From the NCBI GenBank assembly GCA_014360755.1, contig JACIWX010000002.1, positions 269,988 to 333,987 of the forward strand: 64,000 bases of DNA, in the 5' to 3' direction. How positions within the stretch are numbered: position 1 is the stretch's first letter; each line of letters opens with the position of its first letter. Position numbers and translations under genes: made by a program. This DNA comes from Chloroflexota bacterium (lineage in GTDB: Bacteria > Chloroflexota > Anaerolineae > UBA2200). Of this stretch, positions 1 to 7,524 are shown piece after piece. The notes under the pieces were generated by a model. That model was not told where the DNA came from. It did not search any database and worked only from the letters and a program-made list of their open reading frames with translations.

Positions 1-405
1 GGCATCCGCGGACCGACCAAAGAAGTCGTAGGCGACGTACGTCGCGCCTGGCAGGCACAGCCCGAACGCTACGAAGCCCTGTTCGACCGCATGGGGAGCA
101 TTGCCAGGCAAGCCAGGGAAGCGATAGAGAGCGGCAAAGTGGAGGCACTGGGTAAACTGATGGATGAAAACCAGGAACTGCTGCGGGCCATCGGCGTTTC
201 CTCGCCAGAACTGGAGAAACTCATCTACGCCGCGCGCGCCGCAGGAGCGCTGGGTGCCAAACTGTGCGGGGCAGGACGCGGAGGAAACATGATTGCTCTG
301 GTGCGCCGCGGACAAGCGCAGCATGTCGCCAAAGCCCTGCGCGATGCCGGAGCTAGCCTTGTGATTGTCACCAAAGTGCAGTCCGCATCCGGAGATGGAC
401 CATAG
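1..405 (+). CDS. GHMP kinase family protein, C-terminal fragment (mevalonate/phosphomevalonate kinase-like). The gene continues upstream of the window.
   Basis: Frame 1 is open from nt 1 into the listed ORF. It contains the GHMP C-terminal motif KLCGAGRGGNMIAL. Confidence 0.55.
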   Translation, partial: GIRGPTKEVVGDVRRAWQAQPERYEALFDRMGSIARQAREAIESGKVEALGKLMDENQELLRAIGVSSPELEKLIYAARAAGALGAKLCGAGRGGNMIALVRRGQAQHVAKALRDAGASLVIVTKVQSASGDGP

Positions 406-423
406 TGAGCGGATATGCAACGC

Positions 424-678
424 TCAAGTAGAGGATAAGGAAGAGAATGCCGCTAACAAGGCACGCTCTGCTTCCTCAGGTAAGGCTATAGGCACAAAGT
501 AATCCGCTGGATAGAGATAATCTTCGCCTGATTCGTCAATCACCCGGATATAGCCATCACGAGCAGCGAGTTCGTCTGCGAGAACTCGATAAACCTTGCC
601 CACCTCCAAATCCTCGCAGCCGTCATTGCGAATGCAAACTGCAAATTGAGTTTTTGTCCCAAGCTTTTTCATATCCAT
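424..678 (-). CDS. Small acidic hypothetical protein, putative antitoxin or partner of the DUF4258-like gene.
   Basis: 84-aa ORF translationally coupled to the upstream gene (stop and start adjacent). No recognisable catalytic motif. Confidence 0.35.
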   Translation of the reverse strand: MDMKKLGTKTQFAVCIRNDGCEDLEVGKVYRVLADELAARDGYIRVIDESGEDYLYPADYFVPIALPEEAERALLAAFSSLSST

Positions 679-984
679 CTAATCCAAAAACCGCTTGATC
701 TTGAACCGCTTCTTGCCAATGCCATGCGCTTCATACCAATGGATCTCAGCCTGGCGTACTTTGCCACTCGCAAGCCGCACCATGGCAATCCCCTTCAGTT
801 TACGCCATCGCCCGGGGCCATAAAGCTTTTGCAAACGCTCTAGATCTCTGATCGCATCACCAACAGCGATGATTTCAATGTCAGTTATTTCGCCAATGAT
901 CTCAAAATACATCGTTGTTACCTGCGTTGCTGTGCACAATCTTACCATAGATACGTCTCTACAGCAAATGACAATAGAGAGCAT
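679..984 (-). CDS. DUF4258-like small protein, putative toxin component of a two-gene cassette. The true start is probably the internal Met at ~912.
   Basis: C-terminal motif AEIHWYEAHGIGKKRFKIKRFLD is characteristic of DUF4258. Its stop abuts the start of the downstream 84-aa gene. Confidence 0.45.
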   Translation of the reverse strand: MLSIVICCRDVSMVRLCTATQVTTMYFEIIGEITDIEIIAVGDAIRDLERLQKLYGPGRWRKLKGIAMVRLASGKVRQAEIHWYEAHGIGKKRFKIKRFLD

Positions 985-1124
985 AGGCGGATAAGCTCTG
1001 GGCTGTACGCAAACTAGCGGAACAATCGCCTACACGCAGAAGATGTCGGTACTAGAAGAATTGACCATAGTATCCTCTTAGGTTATAGTTAATAACCAGC
1101 CACACCAAAGCCAAGGAGTCGTGA

Positions 1125-2237
1125 ATGCTGATTGGTATTGACGCCAGCCGCGCCACTGCTCGCGAGAGAACGGGCACGGAGAACTATTCCCTGTTCCTCA
1201 TCCGCGCCTTGCTTGCGCTGGATGGACGAAACCGCTATCGTCTCTACTGCAATCAACCGCCAGCAGCCGACCTCTTCCCTCCCGCGGACAATATGGAAGT
1301 CAAAGTCAAGCCCTTTCCCAGGCTGTGGACGCACATGCGGCTTTCCTGGGAGATGGCAACCCATGCCCCGGACGTGCTCTTCGTCCCGGCGCATGTGCTC
1401 CCGCTGCTGCATCCGCGCCGCAGCGTAGTAACTGTGCACGACTTGGGTTACCTCTATTATCCGCAGGCATACACGCGCTGGACGAGATGGTACCTGCGGT
1501 GGTCCACCTCCTATAACGCCAGAGCCGCTGCCCATCTCATCGCAGACTCAGAAGCGACCAAACGCGATTTGCTCCAGCACTGCCAGATACCCACAGAGAA
1601 AGTAACAGTCATCTATCCAGGCTATGATCCGCTCTTTGCTCCTGTGCGCGATCCCGTTCAGTTGGCTGCCGTACGCGCCCGTTATGGCATCCCTACTCCG
1701 TACGTCTTATATGTAGGAACGCTGCAACCGCGCAAGAATTTGATAGGATTGCTCGATGCATTTGCAGCATTGGCAAAGGTGGATAAACAGAGCCACTTGG
1801 TCATTGCCGGGAAGAAGGGCTGGTTGTACCAACCCCTTTTCGCCCACGTAGGACAATTGGGTTTGGAAAAACGGGTTCACTTTATTGGCTATGTGCCCCA
1901 GGAAGACCTGCCCGCGCTCATCAGCGGCGCGCATGTCTTTGTGTTGCCCAGTTATTATGAAGGGTTCGGGCTGCCTGTCCTGGAAGCGATGGCGTGCGGC
2001 ACGCCGGTCATCTGTTCCAATGTTGCCTCCTTGCCCGAAGTCGCAGGAGATGCTGCCATTTTGATAGACCCGCAGGACACCGGGCAACTCGTGCGAGCGC
2101 TCTCCCGGGTACTGGCTGACCCGAACCTGCGGCATGACCTATCCGAGAGGGGCATGCGCCAGGTACGCCGCTTCTCCTGGGAAAAATGCGCGCAGCAAAC
2201 GCTCCAAATCCTGGAACACGTCAGCCAACTACCTTAG
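1125..2237 (+). CDS. Glycosyltransferase family 4 (GT-B fold).
   Basis: Sugar-donor-binding motif EGFGLPVLEAMACGTPVICSNVASLPEV. 370 aa, typical GT4 length. Confidence 0.85.
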   Translation: MLIGIDASRATARERTGTENYSLFLIRALLALDGRNRYRLYCNQPPAADLFPPADNMEVKVKPFPRLWTHMRLSWEMATHAPDVLFVPAHVLPLLHPRRSVVTVHDLGYLYYPQAYTRWTRWYLRWSTSYNARAAAHLIADSEATKRDLLQHCQIPTEKVTVIYPGYDPLFAPVRDPVQLAAVRARYGIPTPYVLYVGTLQPRKNLIGLLDAFAALAKVDKQSHLVIAGKKGWLYQPLFAHVGQLGLEKRVHFIGYVPQEDLPALISGAHVFVLPSYYEGFGLPVLEAMACGTPVICSNVASLPEVAGDAAILIDPQDTGQLVRALSRVLADPNLRHDLSERGMRQVRRFSWEKCAQQTLQILEHVSQLP

Positions 2238-2348
2238 CCCTGCCCTTTACGTTTTACGCTTTGCATTTCATTCCTCACTCATCACCTATCCCTCCTCCTC
2301 ATTTGGAATCACAGCCAGGATATGGTATATTCCTATCAAGGAGGGAAC

Positions 2349-4073
2349 GTGATCAAGAGAACACTTCTTGGGTTAGGGCTGCTCATCATTCTGTTTGCTT
2401 GGTGCGCCACAGCCATTCAGGCACAAGACCCGGTCACGCTGAACCGGTCAGAGTACTATATTACTGTCCTCCAGGATGGCCGGCTGCGAGTGAAGTACGA
2501 ACTGACCTTCACCGAACACGAAAGCGGCCGCGACCGCATCCAAGAACTCCCCCCATTGGAATCACCGCACACGCTGATTGAAGCGTATGGCACAGGGCCA
2601 GAGGGGCGCTTCAGGGTCTCTCTGCAACCCACGGGCAAAGCCGATGTCTATTCGGCAGTGTTCTCTCAGCGCACACAACGCAACGGCCAATACATCATCA
2701 CCATACGCTACACGGTGGACCGTTCCGTCTTTGACCCCACCACCATAGATGGCGAAGAGTACCGCGCGGTTGGCTGGGCTTCGGGGCAGTGGCAATTGCC
2801 CATCGAGGTGCTCGCCGCTACCTTCGTCCTGCCGATTGAGCTGCCCGCAGAAATCACGCAGCCAGAACAAGTTACCGATGAATTGGTCAACCGCGCAGGG
2901 GTGAAGGTTGGTAACCTGAGCGCTTTTAACCGTTGGGTGTATTTCCCGACTCCCGATACATCCACCGGCAAAAACTGGCTCTCTATTTATGTAGAGCAAA
3001 GGAATGTGCCCCCACGCGGCAAGATGCAGCCCCCCTTCTACCTGCGTGCCTCCACTATCCCGGTAACGCGCGAGACTGAAATCCCCCTCTACCCTACGCC
3101 ACAACCCACCCCGACGGCAGTCGGCTGGACCTCCGCCGCGCTGGCTTTGATCTTCTGCGTGGCACTGGGCACAATCCTCGCCGTAGTGCTGATCGTTGCC
3201 TTCATCGTGCGGCGACGTAAGAAGAAATCGGTTTACGAACCTCCCGAGATTGAACTGGAAACCTTTGAAACGCCCGGCGTGGTGCCGGATTTGAATGCCA
3301 TCGAAGCCGCCTTCTACATGGGCAATTCGGCGCGCACGATTACGCTGATTGTGCTCTCGCTCGCCAACCGCGGCGTGTTGACCATCATCAACCGCAATCC
3401 GCTGCAGTTGGAAGTTACCAATCCTAAAGCCCAACTGAACGCGTATGAACAGGCGCTGGTAGATGCCATCCAGGAAGACGGCACCATTGACCCAGCCCAA
3501 ATACCCACCATCTTGAACGCCATCGCCGCTACGCTGCAGCCCAAGATATGGAATGCTGACCCACAGGCGACGAAGGAAACCTACGAAAGGAAAATCCGTT
3601 CCGCCTGGGAGGAATTCGAGCGCGCGCCGCGCCCCGTGGCATCGGGACCAGAGGTCTGGCGACAACCATATACGCCCTGGATCATCATCAGCGATCGCTA
3701 CCGACCACGCCCATCTGCGGCACCGACGGGGCCCGCAGAACCCTCGCCCTTGATCCGCGCTGCAGAGGAAGCGGTAACGCCCATCGAGAGCCTCGCCCGC
3801 GATGTGAGCCGCAGCATCGAGACGGCCGTCTCGCGCGTGGCAACCGGGCTGGAAGCAGGGATGGCGCGCCTGACCGGCCGCGAACCATCGGCAGCGCCTG
3901 GCTATGACGCCTGCCATAGCGCATGTCACAGCGCTTGTCACAGCGCTTGCGTCCATGACGCTTGCCATAGCGCCTGTGTCCACGACGCCTGTCACAGCGC
4001 CTGCCACAGCGCCTGCGTCTGTCACAGCGCCTGCCACAGTGCCTGCCACAGCGCCTGCGTCGGCCGTTTCTAA
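2349..4073 (+). CDS. DUF2207-family membrane protein with a C-terminal (Ala-Cys-His-Ser)n Cys/His repeat tail. Start revised to GTG 2349, downstream of RBS AAGGAGGG.
   Basis: Signal peptide LLGLGLLIILFAWCATAIQAQD. DUF2207-like N-domain YYITVLQDGRLRVKYELTF. One TM followed by RRRKKK (positive-inside). The last ~55 aa read ACHSACHSACHSACVHDACHSACVHDACHSACHSACVCHSACHSACHSACVGRF. It is a paralog of the 9588..11474 protein. Confidence 0.7.
   Translation: MIKRTLLGLGLLIILFAWCATAIQAQDPVTLNRSEYYITVLQDGRLRVKYELTFTEHESGRDRIQELPPLESPHTLIEAYGTGPEGRFRVSLQPTGKADVYSAVFSQRTQRNGQYIITIRYTVDRSVFDPTTIDGEEYRAVGWASGQWQLPIEVLAATFVLPIELPAEITQPEQVTDELVNRAGVKVGNLSAFNRWVYFPTPDTSTGKNWLSIYVEQRNVPPRGKMQPPFYLRASTIPVTRETEIPLYPTPQPTPTAVGWTSAALALIFCVALGTILAVVLIVAFIVRRRKKKSVYEPPEIELETFETPGVVPDLNAIEAAFYMGNSARTITLIVLSLANRGVLTIINRNPLQLEVTNPKAQLNAYEQALVDAIQEDGTIDPAQIPTILNAIAATLQPKIWNADPQATKETYERKIRSAWEEFERAPRPVASGPEVWRQPYTPWIIISDRYRPRPSAAPTGPAEPSPLIRAAEEAVTPIESLARDVSRSIETAVSRVATGLEAGMARLTGREPSAAPGYDACHSACHSACHSACVHDACHSACVHDACHSACHSACVCHSACHSACHSACVGRF
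3909..4061 (+). repeat. Imperfect 12-bp tandem repeat (gcY tgY cac agc), ~12 units, encoding the ACHS/ACVHD tail.
   Basis: Direct reading of the sequence. The alternative frames encode low-complexity PATAPA/LSQRL strings, so only the CDS frame is meaningful. Confidence 0.85.
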
Positions 4074-4142
4074 ATATGGTCGGCTAGTTGGTTAGTCTGT
4101 TGGTTGTTTCAGCGGTTATCCGGAAAGAAGCAGAGGAAATCT

Positions 4143-5597
4143 ATGACTAGCCAACGGATGACTATAGGACAGCCATTGGACTTGCAGAGCTTTGCCAACG
4201 AACTCGTAACACAGACCAGGAATTACATCTACATCCGCCCCGAGGATGGCCTGTTCATCCTGCGTCCCAACCGCGTGCACCACCTGAACAAGACCGCTGT
4301 AGCACTGCTTTCGCGGCTGTACCGGAATGGCCAGGTGCCCGACGTGGACGCTGTGATCCACGAGGTGGCAACAGAATACGCGGTAGACGAAGAGCGCGTG
4401 CGCAACGACCTGTACAAACTGCTCTTGAGCGTCGCTGCCCTGCTGCGTGATGACGTCTGCGGCGCGCCAGCAGTGAGGGAAATACCCTTTGGCGCGCGCA
4501 AGCGCGAGTTGCCCGTGCTCTCTGAAATCGCCTTGACCTATCGCTGTCAGAACAAGTGCCTCTTCTGCTACGCAGCCTCCCCTGCCCGGGGCCAGCAAGT
4601 CCCGGAAATGGACACCGCACAGGTCAAGAAGGTCATTGACCGCATCTTTGACGAAGCACATTGCCCCACTGTCTCCTTCACCGGTGGCGAACCCACTTTG
4701 CGCGAAGACCTGCCAGAGTGCATCGCCTATGCCAAAGGCAAAGGGATGCGTGTCAATTTGATTACCAATGGCTTGCGCTGTGCGGATGCGGCATACGTCA
4801 CCATGCTGAAAGAGGCTGGGCTGGATTCCGCCCAGGTGAGCCTGGAGGGTCCCCGACCAGAGATCCACGACGCCATTGTGGGTCACCCAGGGGCATTTGT
4901 CAAGACTACCCGTGCCGTGCATGTGCTGCGCGCTGCCGGCATCCACACGCACACCAATACGACCATCTGCAGGAGCAACCGCGACTATCTCCTGGAACTG
5001 GTGGACTATATCGCGGATGAACTGCATTCCGAGTATTTCTCGATGAATGTGGTCATCAGCACTGGCACCGCCCTGCACCATACGGAAGAGGATGTAACCT
5101 ACTCCGAAGTCGGACCTATCATTGAGCAGGTTCAGCAGCGCGCAAAAGAAAAGGGGGTGAAACTGGTCTGGTATTCACCCACCCCGTATTGCCTTTTCAA
5201 TCCCGTGACGCACGGCTTGGGGTCCAAATCCTGTGCCTGTATAGACGGGCTTTTATCCGTAGCGCCTGACGGGGAACTGTTGCCCTGCTCTAGTTACGAA
5301 CGGGGCATTGGCAACCTGCTGCAACGACCGTTTGCTGATCTCTGGTACAGTGCCCAGGCGCGTTATTGGCGCGGCAAGCATTTCCTGCCCCCCACTTGTC
5401 AACGCTGCGAGATCAAACATATTTGCTGTGGGGCATGCCCGCTGTATTGGGAAGCCCATGGCGGATTCAGCGAGCTAGCAGGCGTTTCGCCGGGAGCCAA
5501 TTGGATGGACACGCTGCTCTGGAAGGTAAAGCGCCGCTTATGGGGGCAAGCCTATGGCGTAGGGCTGCGGGGATCGAGCAATCAGAGGGACAAGTAA
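4143..5597 (+). CDS. Radical SAM/SPASM-domain peptide-modifying enzyme with an N-terminal PqqD-like RiPP recognition element (RRE). Start revised to ATG 4143 after AGAGGAAA.
   Basis: CQNKCLFC (CX3CX2C) cluster and FTGGEPTL SAM-binding motif. C-terminal Cys-rich SPASM region CACIDG...PCSSYE...CQRCEIKHICCGACP. N-terminal ~110 aa resemble PqqD/RRE (LNKTAVALLSRL...VPDVDAVIHEVATEY). Confidence 0.85.
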   Translation: MTSQRMTIGQPLDLQSFANELVTQTRNYIYIRPEDGLFILRPNRVHHLNKTAVALLSRLYRNGQVPDVDAVIHEVATEYAVDEERVRNDLYKLLLSVAALLRDDVCGAPAVREIPFGARKRELPVLSEIALTYRCQNKCLFCYAASPARGQQVPEMDTAQVKKVIDRIFDEAHCPTVSFTGGEPTLREDLPECIAYAKGKGMRVNLITNGLRCADAAYVTMLKEAGLDSAQVSLEGPRPEIHDAIVGHPGAFVKTTRAVHVLRAAGIHTHTNTTICRSNRDYLLELVDYIADELHSEYFSMNVVISTGTALHHTEEDVTYSEVGPIIEQVQQRAKEKGVKLVWYSPTPYCLFNPVTHGLGSKSCACIDGLLSVAPDGELLPCSSYERGIGNLLQRPFADLWYSAQARYWRGKHFLPPTCQRCEIKHICCGACPLYWEAHGGFSELAGVSPGANWMDTLLWKVKRRLWGQAYGVGLRGSSNQRDK

Positions 5598-5607
5598 AGG
5601 GGAGAAC

Positions 5608-6771
5608 ATGGCAACAACGATGACATTGGGCAACTTTTATTCGTACATACGTAATAACCGCAAACGCATCGCTGACATCTACCGCGAGATCGAAGAAATC
5701 CAATACCAGTTCAACGACTTGCATGCCAGGCTCTTGCAAGGGCGGCAAAAGCTCATAGATACTTACGTCCCTCTTTTGCTGAAGACGGATGACCTGCCGG
5801 CAGATCTCGCACAGCTGCTGGCTACGCAAGAAAAGGTCGAGCGCGATGCCCTTCAGAAGGAAATCTCCGCGTTGGAGGAAGAAACCGCACTCAAGCGGCA
5901 AAAAGCGGATCAACTCATTAAGCAAGCACAAGAGCAAATCGCTCAACTGCGCCAGCAAAACCCTATTCTGAACGAACAAGAGGAGCAACTGAAAGCGCGT
6001 CGTGCCTCTATCGAGCGCGAGATCCAACGGCTGGACAACGAACTCAAACGGTTGGGGTGCTTCCCTATCGGTTGGTTGACCAACTACTTCCGACGTCGTC
6101 GCTTGCTCAAGCAGCGAAGAAAACTGGCGGAGAACCTGGAGGCAATCAACCGCGGGATTCGAGCAGTGCGCGCAAAGTGGCAGGAAGAAAAGAAACGCCT
6201 ACAGGAGAGCCAAGCCGAATTGCAGAGCCAATGGCAAGCGCTCAGCGTAGAAGTCGCACAGCTCCAAGCGAGGCTAGATGACCTCACGGCGAATATCGAG
6301 GAGTACAGCAAGCAGCGCGCGGTGCGGAATTGGCTGAGCAACCTGCAAGACCTGCCGGCAACCGATGAGCCTTGGCGCGAGCGCCTGGCACCATTGGTAG
6401 AACTGAACCGCAAAAAAGCCCAGTATGAAGCTGGCTTGACTTCGGTAGCCGAGATCCTGGGATTGCTGAAAGGCTTGGGCGAAGGCATGGACCGCTTTAT
6501 CCGCAGTGTGGCGACGGTATATGAGGAGCAACAGCGTTACAAACTCCCCAACCTTCGCCTCAACCTTTCCGACGCTGTTACTTCCTTCCATGCTATTTGG
6601 CCCGATTTCCAGGCCAAAGTCAAAGATGAAAAGTACTTGGGTGCTCACCCTCTGGAATTCAGCCAACGCATAAAGGAAGTGGTGCAACAAAAACTCCATG
6701 AATCCGCGATACAGAAGATGTTCGAGGATATGGGGAATGCTCTGACCGAAGCCACGAAAGCCTGGCGCTAA
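5608..6771 (+). CDS. Coiled-coil hypothetical protein, co-transcribed with the rSAM maturase (11-bp gap).
   Basis: Long heptad-rich Q/E/K/L segments. No enzymatic motif. Confidence 0.55.
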   Translation: MATTMTLGNFYSYIRNNRKRIADIYREIEEIQYQFNDLHARLLQGRQKLIDTYVPLLLKTDDLPADLAQLLATQEKVERDALQKEISALEEETALKRQKADQLIKQAQEQIAQLRQQNPILNEQEEQLKARRASIEREIQRLDNELKRLGCFPIGWLTNYFRRRRLLKQRRKLAENLEAINRGIRAVRAKWQEEKKRLQESQAELQSQWQALSVEVAQLQARLDDLTANIEEYSKQRAVRNWLSNLQDLPATDEPWRERLAPLVELNRKKAQYEAGLTSVAEILGLLKGLGEGMDRFIRSVATVYEEQQRYKLPNLRLNLSDAVTSFHAIWPDFQAKVKDEKYLGAHPLEFSQRIKEVVQQKLHESAIQKMFEDMGNALTEATKAWR

Positions 6772-6775
6772 CTGC

Positions 6776-6930
6776 GAGGGTGTTGAAAAATCTTGTCACC
6801 CTGAGCAAAGCAAAGAGCCTGCCCTGAGTATAACGAAGGGGTCTCGCGTAACTTTAGCCGTATTTTCCCAAGTACCGCGAGATGCTTCACTCCGTTCAGC
6901 ATGACCTTGGAAGAGTTTTTCAACACTCTC
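6776..6930. repeat. ~155-bp inverted-repeat-bounded element, copy 1 of 4. MITE-like or structured-RNA repeat.
   Basis: Termini GAG(G)GTGTTGAAAAATCTTGTCACCCTGAGC...GAGTTTTTCAACACTCTC. Near-identical copies at 43862-44013, 44275-44470 and 61161-61316. Confidence 0.8.
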
Positions 6931-7023
6931 TAACTGCAGCGCGAAAGGCTTCGGATGAGTTGGTAGTGCGCGCATCCAGCGCGCTAAATCTTACGATGAA
7001 CATGATGAGGAAGGGAGACATCG

Positions 7024-7515
7024 GTGAAAAAACTTTTAGCTATAGTGGCGATGATTGTTTCCATCCCACTGTTAGTCTTTGGGGTGATTTTTCTCATCGC
7101 GGCAGCAACAAATCCTAGCCGCCTCTTTGTCGCAGCCGTTTTGCTGCTCTTTGGCGGAGCGCTGCTCCTTGTAGGAGCGCTCACCCTGCGCCGGCTGGCT
7201 GAGATCAGCCCTGAAGCCCTGGCGACTGGCGTAATAGACCTGGCACGCCGTCTGGGTGGTGAAGTTACCGTTGCGCAGGTACAGGCAGAGTTCCGTATTC
7301 CCAGCGCATTAGCGCTCAGCACGCTCGAAAAACTGCGCGGGCGTGGGGAATGCCAGCGTGAGCAACGCACCGACCACGACGTATATGTCTTCAAGAGCGT
7401 TATGCCAGCCAAAGCCATCAAGCGCTGTCCGTACTGCGGCAGCGAATTCGCGGTCAAGAGCGCCCTGCGCGAGTGCCCTAACTGCGGTGCCATGCTGGAG
7501 ATTGTCAAGGAATAG
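7024..7515 (+). CDS. Membrane protein with a C-terminal zinc-ribbon.
   Basis: Two N-terminal hydrophobic helices. CPYCGSEF...CPNCGAML CxxC-N-CxxC motif. Confidence 0.55.
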   Translation: MKKLLAIVAMIVSIPLLVFGVIFLIAAATNPSRLFVAAVLLLFGGALLLVGALTLRRLAEISPEALATGVIDLARRLGGEVTVAQVQAEFRIPSALALSTLEKLRGRGECQREQRTDHDVYVFKSVMPAKAIKRCPYCGSEFAVKSALRECPNCGAMLEIVKE

Positions 7516-7524
7516 ACCAAAGGT

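Noticed and set aside
2562-4049. 495-aa minus-strand ORF antisense to the DUF2207-tail gene.
   Set aside because: High-GC shadow ORF. Low-complexity Ala/Gly/Arg composition with no motif. The sense strand carries a well-supported domain architecture.
3904-4095. 63-aa +2-frame ORF across the 12-bp repeat (PATAPA-rich).
   Set aside because: Alternative frame of the tandem repeat. The in-frame ACHS reading is continuous with the upstream 570-aa CDS.
4116-5081. 321-aa minus-strand ORF inside the rSAM gene.
   Set aside because: Antisense to a gene that has clear CX3CX2C/SPASM motifs. No motif of its own.
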